A stretch of 64,000 nucleotides of DNA from a virus (lineage: Duplodnaviria > Caudoviricetes): positions 1,377-65,376 of the IMG/VR virus record IMGVR_UViG_3300045257_000280; one strand, 5' to 3'. Below are positions 56,385-64,000 of this stretch, one piece after another. Every line of letters starts with the position of its first letter. Position 1 is the stretch's first letter. The notes beneath the pieces were generated by a model that worked only from the letters and a program-made list of their open reading frames with translations, did no database searches and had not been told where the DNA came from. The translations under genes and the position numbers were made by a program.

Positions 56385-57082
56385 CCCTCCAGGACGCCGA
56401 TCCGGGCGACATACCGGCCTTCCTCGATCGGCGTCCGTTCGTGGGGACGTACACTAACCTGCAAGGATTCAAGAACTGCGAACACCAGATGTTTCGCAGG
56501 TACATCAAGAAAGATCAGAAATTCGTCGAGACCCCCGAGATGGCGTGGGGCAACGCGGTCCACACCGCATTCGAGAAGCGCATTGGCAAAGGCCAAGTGC
56601 TGCCCGATAATATGCGCCAGTGGGAACATTTCGCTCAGCCGTTCGACAAGTTCACCGTGCTGGTCGAGCAAAAGTGGGGCATGACCGAGCAGGCGCGTCG
56701 AACTGGGTTCTTCGATAACGACGTGTACTTCCGCGGCAAAGCGGACGCGGCGATTATCGAGGGCGAACGCGCGATGATCAACGATTTCAAGACAGGCGGT
56801 TCGAAGTACGAGGATCCGTTCGAGCTGGCCACCAATGCGCTTTTGCTCAAGGTGCAATTCCCCGAGGTGAAGAAAGTCGTCGGCCGCTATATCTGGCTCA
56901 AGGAAAATCGCGCCGGCCAGATGCACGACCTGTCGGATTTCAAGGGAACCTGGGGCGAGGTGCGGCGCCTGATGGGGCTGATTGCCGAGAAGCGCAAGAG
57001 CGGCAATTGGGAAAAGAGGAAGTCGGGGCTATGCTCATGGTGCTCAGTGGAAGACTGTGAGCATTGGAGGCCGCGAACGTGA
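56381..57082 (+). CDS. PD-(D/E)XK (RecB/Cas4-like) exonuclease
   Basis: F..C, G..VH, VEQK, RGKAD, NDFKTG, C-terminal CSWC..CEH. Confidence 0.88.
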   Translation: MTLQDADPGDIPAFLDRRPFVGTYTNLQGFKNCEHQMFRRYIKKDQKFVETPEMAWGNAVHTAFEKRIGKGQVLPDNMRQWEHFAQPFDKFTVLVEQKWGMTEQARRTGFFDNDVYFRGKADAAIIEGERAMINDFKTGGSKYEDPFELATNALLLKVQFPEVKKVVGRYIWLKENRAGQMHDLSDFKGTWGEVRRLMGLIAEKRKSGNWEKRKSGLCSWCSVEDCEHWRPRT

Positions 57083-57408
57083 AAACCCCCGAAGGCTATG
57101 AGAAGGACGACATCTGCAAATATCTCGTCTCGCTAGCGAGCTGGCACTTCCGCCCGTTCATGTCGGGCTACGGCAAATCCGGCGTGCCCGATATCGTGGC
57201 ATGTGTGCCGATGACTATTACGCCCGAGATGGTGGGGATGCGGGTCGGCATCTTTACCAGCATCGAGGTCAAGCGCGAAGGCAAAGCGCCTACGGCGCTC
57301 CAGAACACCCGCATGGCCGAGATCAAGGATAGTGGCGGCTTTGCCTGTTGGGGCACCGCCGAGCGCGTCATTCCGATCTTGAAGAAGTTGCCTTACGCGG
57401 GAGAATGA
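57079..57408 (+). CDS. VRR-NUC domain nuclease
   Basis: SGVPDIVAC, SIEVKR, PTALQ. Confidence 0.88.
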   Translation: MKTPEGYEKDDICKYLVSLASWHFRPFMSGYGKSGVPDIVACVPMTITPEMVGMRVGIFTSIEVKREGKAPTALQNTRMAEIKDSGGFACWGTAERVIPILKKLPYAGE

Positions 57409-57659
57409 CGATGGAATATTTTCTTCTGGTTGATCCTGGATTTCCAAACCAACGTACTCACGTTGTTATCTATAAAAAAGAAGGCGAGCGCGGTGGACGA
57501 CTTATTCGCCGCGAATATTGCGATTCGCTAGAGCTGGGAAAAATTGCCAATTGGCTCTCAGAACTCATACAGCAATACGGAATGGCTTCGATGTTTATCG
57601 AAACTAACGGCCCTGGCAAAATGTTGTTACAATTGTACGAGCAAAAATACTGCCAATGA
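57405..57659 (+). CDS. Small RNase-H-like fragment protein
   Basis: LLVDPG..THVVI and FIETNGPG resemble terminase nuclease-domain motifs; AT-rich. Confidence 0.45.
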   Translation: MTMEYFLLVDPGFPNQRTHVVIYKKEGERGGRLIRREYCDSLELGKIANWLSELIQQYGMASMFIETNGPGKMLLQLYEQKYCQ

Positions 57660-59269
57660 CCGATTTCTACTTCGACCAAAAGCGCAATTTGCTGATCTAC
57701 CCGAACACCTCGCGGTTCACGACCAACCAGATACGCAACGCGATCCCCGAGGCGCGCGAGATCAACGGATCGTATCTGGCGGTGCCGAGGAATCTCAGGA
57801 ACTCGCAGGTGCTGCGGCTTTTCAACTATCCTGTAGCGCCCGTTATCCACGATCAAAACTACGATTTTCCAATCGAACCTGGCCGTAAGCCACTGCCTCA
57901 CCAGAAGGTCTACGCTAACTTCCAAATTCTGCATCCGCGCTGCCACAATCTTGGAGATCCTGGCACAATGAAGACGCTCGCCTCGTTGTGGGCAGCGGAG
58001 CGTTTGATGCAGTGGCATAAGCCGGGCAAGTTTCGCGCGCTAATCGTGGCGCCGCTTACCATTCTGGATACTGTTTGGGCGAGCGCCATTTTTAAGAACT
58101 TTCTTAGCCGTCGATCGTTTGAAATATTGCACGGCACGGCCGACAAGCGCAGCCGTCTACTGGCGGCGAAACCGGACTTCGCAATCATAAATTACGAAGG
58201 CGTGGGCATCGGCACGCACACACGCAAGAAATTTGAACTAGGCGCTCTTGCCCAGCAGATCATGGAGGACGGAGATATCAAACTCATCATCATCGATGAG
58301 TCGCGCGGCTACGGCGATTCAACTTCATTGCGTAGTCGCGTAGCACGCGTTGTTTTTAAGCAACATCCTTATATGTGGATGCTTTGCGGAAGCCCAACGC
58401 CGCAAGCTCCTACCGATTGCTACGGCATGGGCAAGCTTTTAAACAACGCCCAGGGCAAAAGTTTCCGCACGTTCCAGATGGAAACGATGACGAAAGTTTC
58501 GCAGTTCAAGTGGGTGCCTCAACGCGACGGCTACCGCAAAGCAAAGCAACTCCTGACCCCGGCCGTGCGCTTCGGGTTGGACGAAATATGGAATGGACCG
58601 GAACAAACTATTCAGCAGCGCGAAGTGGAACTGACCGACGAACAGAAGAAGCTCATGGTCACGCTCAAGCGCGACCTGCAAATGGCCGTGAAGAACGGCC
58701 AGCTCATTACTGCCGCCCACGAAGGCGCCGCCCGCCAGAAACTATTGCAGATTAGTATGGGGGCAATTTACGATGCGAACCACCGGGCGCACGTCGTTGA
58801 TAGCGCCCCTCGCCTGCACGAACTCGATCAGATCGTAGCCAGTACCCAGCGAAAAATCGTGGTGTTCGTGGGCTTGACGAGTATCGTACACTTGGTATAT
58901 AAGCATCTCTCAAAACACTGGCGCTGCGGAATCATCAATGGCGAAGTTTCCCAAAAGAACCGCGCGGAAGAAATTAGGCTATTTGCGTCGGAACCGAATT
59001 ATAAAGCGGTCATCGCGGATCCCAGCGTGGTCTCGCACGGCATCAACGAGTTCGTGGTCGCCGATACTGGGGTGTGGTACGGGCCGGTGGACAAGGTGGA
59101 CGACTGGATACAGGGTAACAAGCGCATCCGGCGTCCTGGCCAATTGTACCCTTCAACAATTTTTCAAATTGTGTCTAATAAGACTGAGAAGGCAATTTTT
59201 CAGCGACTGGAACGAAATGAAACTTTGCAAGGGTTGATGTTGGATATGGTGCGGAAAGGTGAACTGTGA
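57656..59269 (+). CDS. SNF2-family helicase
   Basis: PLPHQ, DPGTMKT, LIVAP, IIDES, LCGSP, Q...RIRRPGQ. Confidence 0.9.
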   Translation: MTDFYFDQKRNLLIYPNTSRFTTNQIRNAIPEAREINGSYLAVPRNLRNSQVLRLFNYPVAPVIHDQNYDFPIEPGRKPLPHQKVYANFQILHPRCHNLGDPGTMKTLASLWAAERLMQWHKPGKFRALIVAPLTILDTVWASAIFKNFLSRRSFEILHGTADKRSRLLAAKPDFAIINYEGVGIGTHTRKKFELGALAQQIMEDGDIKLIIIDESRGYGDSTSLRSRVARVVFKQHPYMWMLCGSPTPQAPTDCYGMGKLLNNAQGKSFRTFQMETMTKVSQFKWVPQRDGYRKAKQLLTPAVRFGLDEIWNGPEQTIQQREVELTDEQKKLMVTLKRDLQMAVKNGQLITAAHEGAARQKLLQISMGAIYDANHRAHVVDSAPRLHELDQIVASTQRKIVVFVGLTSIVHLVYKHLSKHWRCGIINGEVSQKNRAEEIRLFASEPNYKAVIADPSVVSHGINEFVVADTGVWYGPVDKVDDWIQGNKRIRRPGQLYPSTIFQIVSNKTEKAIFQRLERNETLQGLMLDMVRKGEL

Positions 59270-59763
59270 AACTAACAGCTAAATACGCACGTCAGATTTT
59301 ACGCTACGATGAGCGTACTGGTTTGTGCTATTGGAAACAAAAAATACACAAGCGCATTCCAATCGGTGCTTTAGCTGGTTCAACGCATCGTAAATATGGC
59401 TACGTCTACATCACGATCCGACAAATTCACTACAAAGCGCACGGCTTAATTTGGTTTATGAAAACTGGCCGATGGCCGCGTTGCGACGTAGATCATATTA
59501 ACGGTAAGCGCTCAGATAACCGTTGGAAAAATTTAAGGCTGGCTACGCGCTCACAAAACTGCGCGAATGGTCGGTTGCGCGATCATAACACTTCTGGTTT
59601 TAAAGGTGTCTCGTGGGATGCGCGACGCAAAAAATGGCGCTCTAGAATTAAAGTTTTTTACCGAGAAAAATGGCTTGGTTATCACACATCGCGTAAAGCT
59701 GCTCATGCGGCGTATATCGCTGGCGCGCAGCTACATTTTGGAGAATTTGCCCGTGCCCGATAA
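59266..59763 (+). CDS. HNH endonuclease with AP2-like domain
   Basis: VDHINGKRSDNRWKNLRLATRSQN; SGFKGVSW..KWR..A..AY..A..HFGEFA. Confidence 0.93.
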   Translation: MKLTAKYARQILRYDERTGLCYWKQKIHKRIPIGALAGSTHRKYGYVYITIRQIHYKAHGLIWFMKTGRWPRCDVDHINGKRSDNRWKNLRLATRSQNCANGRLRDHNTSGFKGVSWDARRKKWRSRIKVFYREKWLGYHTSRKAAHAAYIAGAQLHFGEFARAR

Positions 59764-60157
59764 TTTTACCGCCGATCAACTCATCAAAGAATACCGCACG
59801 ATCGACGATTTCGTGACGAAAGAAACTGCGCGCTTTACTGAACATCTGAAACCTCGCAAAGAGCGCATGGATATTATCAAAGGCATTTTGCTCGGCATGA
59901 TGAACAACGCTAAGCTTAACAGCTTGCCAACCAACGAAGGTGTCGCTTATATTTCTACGATCATGACGCCGAAGGTTATTGATCGAGACAAGTATCTCGA
60001 CTTCATCAACGAAAACTGGGATGCTATCGGCAATGAATTGCTCCAAGTAGGACTTCCTCAAAAAACAGCTTTGAAGACCTACATGGAAGAACACAACGAT
60101 GCACTCCCACCAGGAGTGGAAGTCTCATACTTTAATCGCGTGAACATCAAACCCTGA
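59753..60157 (+). CDS. Conserved replication-region protein
   Basis: Helical N-terminus, LPPGV C-terminal motif; typical gene upstream of phage SSB. Confidence 0.6.
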   Translation: MPDNFTADQLIKEYRTIDDFVTKETARFTEHLKPRKERMDIIKGILLGMMNNAKLNSLPTNEGVAYISTIMTPKVIDRDKYLDFINENWDAIGNELLQVGLPQKTALKTYMEEHNDALPPGVEVSYFNRVNIKP

Positions 60158-60168
60158 AAGGAACTTCA

Positions 60169-61098
60169 ATGGCTACCCAACTGCCCGACCACCTCGCCAA
60201 GACTCAACTCCCCCGCCTCTCCGACCGTGCCACCGAGGGCATGGGATCGGCGATGCCGCCGCACGTCAGCATCCGCGGCAATGAATTTACCCTTGTAGAC
60301 CAAGCCGGCGAAGAATTCTCGGTCGAAACCAAGCACCTCGACTGCGCCATAATCGATATGAGCGACGTGATGTGCAAGCTGTTCTACGACGCCGCATGGA
60401 CGCCCGACTCCAAGGACCCGCCGCTGTGCTGGTCGGCTAACGGCATCGGCCCTTCCAAGGAAGCCATCCAACCGCAGTCGCCGACCTGCCAAGCGTGTCC
60501 CAACAACATCCGGGGTTCGGCAGTCTCGAAGCTCTCAGGGGCCTCCATCAAAGCGTGCCGCGACGAGAAGTGGCTGGCCGTCATCGTGGACGGCTTCAAG
60601 GACATGGTGTTCCAGTTCCGGGTGACGCCCGGCTCGTTCAAGAACTGGATGGCCTATTCGGAGAAGTTCAAGAAGCAGCCGTTCGATCTACGCGACGTGA
60701 CGACACGGATGCAGTTCGAAAAGGACAAGAACGGCGTGGTGACGTTCGCGCCGGTCAACTACCTGACCCCCGAGGTCACGGCATTGCGCAACAAGCTAGT
60801 GCTGGGCAAGCAAACGGACGGCATCGTGGGCCGGCTCGATCAGCCGATCCAGGGGATGCTGGCGGCGCCTGCCGCACAGGCCCAGCAAGCGCTGCCTGCC
60901 GGGCAGCCCCAGCAGGAAGCTCCCAAGACCCGCGGCCGTCCCCGCAAGCCTGCCGAGCAGGCTGCGCCCGAGAACGGCCAAGGCACCATGGCCCCCTTCC
61001 GCCCCGAGGCCGCGCCGAACTTCGGCATCCAGGCCGACGCGCCCAGCCCGCCGGCCGACATGGCGGCTGAACTGGACACGTTCTTCAAAACGCCATGA
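60169..61098 (+). CDS. Single-stranded DNA-binding / annealing protein (putative)
   Basis: P.CWS.NG..P, C..CP.N..GS, KAC motifs; low-complexity tail ending in ELDTFF; strong RBS. Confidence 0.65.
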   Translation: MATQLPDHLAKTQLPRLSDRATEGMGSAMPPHVSIRGNEFTLVDQAGEEFSVETKHLDCAIIDMSDVMCKLFYDAAWTPDSKDPPLCWSANGIGPSKEAIQPQSPTCQACPNNIRGSAVSKLSGASIKACRDEKWLAVIVDGFKDMVFQFRVTPGSFKNWMAYSEKFKKQPFDLRDVTTRMQFEKDKNGVVTFAPVNYLTPEVTALRNKLVLGKQTDGIVGRLDQPIQGMLAAPAAQAQQALPAGQPQQEAPKTRGRPRKPAEQAAPENGQGTMAPFRPEAAPNFGIQADAPSPPADMAAELDTFFKTP

Positions 61099-61367
61099 CA
61101 TTCCAGGATCGTCTCAGACGTTGTATGAAGTCCGGCAATCTCACGGTTGCCGACCTCGCCCGCTGGTTCGAGCGCCCGGATCCCACCATGCGGTCGTGGG
61201 TAGAGCAGGGTGTCGAGCCTGGCGGTGGGCCGATCGACGCCGCCTTGGCGCGTGCGACGCTCGACAAGCTGGAGAAGCTGATCGCGCGCAACAGCAAGTT
61301 TCCGGTGCCGCGTTTGTCGCCGCGCAAGCGTATCGCGTACTTGCGGGAGTTGAGGGCGTCAGCGTAG
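61095..61367 (+). CDS. HTH DNA-binding protein
   Basis: LTVADLARWFERPDPTMRSW..G.EP. Confidence 0.7.
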   Translation: MTFQDRLRRCMKSGNLTVADLARWFERPDPTMRSWVEQGVEPGGGPIDAALARATLDKLEKLIARNSKFPVPRLSPRKRIAYLRELRASA

Positions 61368-61507
61368 ATACGACAGGATAGCAGGGAAAATCATGGCCTT
61401 AGCCGACGACATCAAGCGCGCCGAAAACTCCCACATCTGGGAGCGCGAGACGAACGAACACTATGTCGAGCCAGAATGGTGCTCGCGCCGGCTATTCGAT
61501 GAGGAGG

Positions 61508-62200
61508 CGTTTACCGGCGTTTATATACTTTGCAAACTACGGGCTACGACTGGTATCTAGAGGAGGAATAAAAACCCCAACAAATCAAGCCGTTGATGGG
61601 TGCGTGCTACTATATGTAGTACTTTACAAGTCGGCACATACTCAGTATATTATTGGCCGCTCAGCTTTTGGCTTCTCCTCCTTCAGCACATGCTGAAGCA
61701 AGGCATGATGATGTTTTTGAGCTACCTCGCACTGGGAGTGGGGTTACTGTTCACTGCTCTGCTTTTGCGTCTCGCAATAAAGCTCTTGCGGGTTGACAGC
61801 ATCGAAGGGGAAAAAAGTGTCTCGCGTGCTTCCTCGATCAAGGAAGCGATCCGGGGGCGTGCACGTATGCACGAAGACTGGATACCTGACGCTCGGGTTA
61901 AGGGCGGGATGATTTACAACAAACGCGCGAAAAGGTTAGAAATCAGCGGTCGTCTCTCCGACGAGAGCTTCGACCGTGTCTTCGATTGAGCCTGATTGCA
62001 AAGAATATCCATATGCAGGGTGGCTGCCGTCAGTAAACGGCCGGCTATCATTTAGGCATGTCGGCGAAGCTAGGCATCCTTCTCAAGCAACCTATGCGAA
62101 CGTTACAACGCCAACGAAGAGGTACATCATTGCCTTTCAAGAGCGGCGTCTTAGTGACCAGCTTTTTCGATTTATCACGCACATACTCTACCGTTTACCG
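61508..62200. mobile_element. Insert bounded by 9-bp direct repeats CGTTTACCG (61508-61516, 62192-62200)
   Basis: Direct repeat seen; lower GC; carries a TM-protein ORF; no transposase. Confidence 0.7.
61690..61989 (+). CDS. N-terminal TM protein carried on the insert
   Basis: MFLSYLALGVGLLFTALLLRLAI plus soluble tail; start uncertain. Confidence 0.5.
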   Translation: MLKQGMMMFLSYLALGVGLLFTALLLRLAIKLLRVDSIEGEKSVSRASSIKEAIRGRARMHEDWIPDARVKGGMIYNKRAKRLEISGRLSDESFDRVFD

Positions 62201-62915
62201 ACCCAATCTTTGATCCGGCTTGTGGGTTTGGAACTATTCTGAAATCCGCCACGGCGGCCGGCTACGAGACATGGGCTGGTGATATTGCGGATCGTGGCTA
62301 TCCCGGCACGATGGTGCGCGATTTTTTTAGCATCCGAGAAAACGACGCTGACATCGTCAGCAACCCGCCGTTTGATCTATTCAAGCCCTTTGCGCTTCGC
62401 GCATTGGAGGTCTGCTACGAGAAGGTGGCCCTAATCTGGCTCGTGCGGACGCTGCCGGCAGCGCGCTGGCTGCAAGACACGCCGCTCGCCCGAATCCTGT
62501 TGCTCACCCCACGGCCTTCTATGCCGCCTGGGCACGTCATCGCACGCGGCGAAAAGCCCGGCGGTGGCGAGCAGGATTTTTGCTGGCTCATCTGGAATAA
62601 GAATCACAAAGAAATGGAGAATCCTTCGGGACAAGTGGAATGTAAAAACGATGCCGTGGTCGGACGCCATCGGCATCGAAGAAGTTCCGAGAGGAAATGA
62701 CGTGCCTGGAATTGTCTGCTGGTTCACGCGCGGCTGGAATTCCAAACTCGCGGCCGAGCAAATTGTGGCGTCTCACAACGCTACGCTCAAGACCGCAAAA
62801 GCCGAGTAACTGAGGTTTAACAGGCACTTCCGGCTGTAACAGTTCGTGATTAGACATATTCGCATATTAGCGTACAGTCTAAATCATCGAAACGCCGAAC
62901 CCAAGAGGGACTAAA

Positions 62916-63107
62916 ATGGCCAAGCAGATGACTTTCGTGACCGCGATGCGCGACTACTTCAACGCTACGCCGTCGCTGTTCACTAGCGAGCCGCTCAAGC
63001 AGACGCCTAGCGAATTTCTGCAGGAGATGAAGAAACTCACCGACGGCGACAAGGCGTGGTATCGCGAAAATCTCGGCACGGCCGGCTACGATATCGTCAA
63101 CGCCTGA
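62916..63107 (+). CDS. Hypothetical protein
   Basis: GAGGGA RBS, promoter-like AT tract upstream. Confidence 0.65.
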   Translation: MAKQMTFVTAMRDYFNATPSLFTSEPLKQTPSEFLQEMKKLTDGDKAWYRENLGTAGYDIVNA

Positions 63108-63108
63108 T

Positions 63109-63312
63109 ATGCCCATGACCGCCGCCGACGTTCGCACGATGCTCAAGGACGCCTGCCGCAAGGCCGGCACGTCCGCCGCATGGGCAGCCAAGCATGGCCT
63201 ATCCCAAGCCTATGTGAGCGACGCGATCAATGGGCGCCGCGACCCCGGCCCGGCAATCTGCAAGGCGCTGGGCATCGAGGCTGGGGTCAGCTACCGGAAG
63301 GTGAGGTCATGA
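63109..63312 (+). CDS. Cro/XRE-like HTH protein
   Basis: SAAWAAKHGLSQAYVSDAINGRRDPG..ICKALG. Confidence 0.85.
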   Translation: MPMTAADVRTMLKDACRKAGTSAAWAAKHGLSQAYVSDAINGRRDPGPAICKALGIEAGVSYRKVRS

Positions 63313-63397
63313 GCGACAAACTTTTCACCGAAACCGACTATCTCGATTGGTACACGCGGCTGTTTCTGCCGACGCGGCAACGGAAGGAAGCCATATC

Positions 63398-63592
63398 ATG
63401 AGACTCACGGAAACTCGAAAACAATGGACTCACGATGACACGCGCGATGTGTTGGACCGGCCGCATGCCTGTTTTTGCATCGGCCCCCAAAACGGTGAAT
63501 CCTTATGTCCGTGCCGCATGAGGCAGCAACATCGCGAGCGGCAGAAAATGCGCCAGGAAATTCTCGAAGAACTCGGGATCAAGCAAAAGTGA
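63398..63592 (+). CDS. Small Cys-motif protein
   Basis: ACFCIGPQNGESLCPCRM. Confidence 0.6.
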   Translation: MRLTETRKQWTHDDTRDVLDRPHACFCIGPQNGESLCPCRMRQQHRERQKMRQEILEELGIKQK

Positions 63593-63654
63593 CAAGCCGG
63601 GAGAACACCCATACCGTGCAGCGGATGCGGATGGAAAAGAGCAAGGAGGCTTAG

Positions 63655-63870
63655 ATGAAAAACGGAAAGCAGAAGCGAATGACTACCCGAGACCGGCAGC
63701 GGGCAAAGGCGGCGTCTGCAATGCCAGAAGTTAAAAGACTTGTGAAGCGATTTGGCCGCGCTGCGGTAGGAAACTGTTTGGGCAAAATTGCCGCATGGGA
63801 GCGCGAAGCTAAGAAGCTCTCCAAGATGCGCAGTGAAGTCGCTCAACTTGAACGGCGGCTGCGCGTCTAA
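63655..63870 (+). CDS. Hypothetical basic protein
   Basis: GGAGG RBS. Confidence 0.65.
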   Translation: MKNGKQKRMTTRDRQRAKAASAMPEVKRLVKRFGRAAVGNCLGKIAAWEREAKKLSKMRSEVAQLERRLRV

Positions 63871-64000
63871 GCGGATGGAAGCCCGTGGAACGACAAAATA
63901 GTTCGCGTGTGGTGATCGGTATTTGCGTCGACAGTCGGAAAAGCACGATGAAGCGACAATTTGAAATCACACGCGGTGGAGCAAAACACGCTATCGCCGC

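Larger units (their letters stand above)
61393..62700 (+). pseudogene. DNA adenine methyltransferase-like gene interrupted by a 684-bp insert
   Basis: 5' part HIWERE..EHYVEPEWCSRRLF (61393-61516); 3' part IFDPACGFG..IVSNPPF (62201-62700); removing 61517-62200 restores one frame. Confidence 0.85.

Noticed and set aside
1-64000. tRNA/rRNA genes and stop-codon recoding
   Set aside because: No cloverleaf with T-loop and D-loop consensus or rRNA recognised by eye; core genes are intact in the standard code and use all three stops.

Overview
The window is a near-complete tailed dsDNA phage genome, apparently opened within the early-gene region, with podovirus-like organisation. It has a portal, an HK97-type capsid, tubular/adaptor proteins and three ejection proteins, and no tape-measure or sheath gene. 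The host is probably an alphaproteobacterium of the Bradyrhizobium/Rhodopseudomonas type, suggested by a phage-borne 'ADMPVKAP' outer-membrane barrel. 1-3.5 kb and 52-64 kb (+) hold early small ORFs and replication genes: a split family A DNA polymerase, a PD-(D/E)XK nuclease, VRR-NUC, an SNF2 helicase, an SSB-like protein and an interrupted methyltransferase. 3.5-46.3 kb (-) holds, in reading order, a DNA methyltransferase, a glycan-biosynthesis cluster with an embedded serine recombinase, terminase, portal, scaffold, capsid, tail, fibres and an extended lysis cassette. 47-51.7 kb (-) holds a primase-helicase, an iteron-like origin and early genes. The most striking observations: (1) tail-fibre-like proteins that carry N-terminal export signals and paired cysteines and share a paralogous C-terminal domain; (2) a lysis cassette with two endolysins, a holin, an OM beta-barrel and a circularly permuted class-3 lipase; (3) a five-enzyme glycosylation module; (4) a DNA polymerase split in two by a translationally coupled HNH gene; (5) a methyltransferase interrupted by a 684-bp insert with 9-bp direct repeats; (6) an ATC-initiated ejection protein, a 15-aa basic micropeptide and a candidate anti-Shine-Dalgarno RNA. 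All family assignments come from motif recognition by eye; no searches were run.
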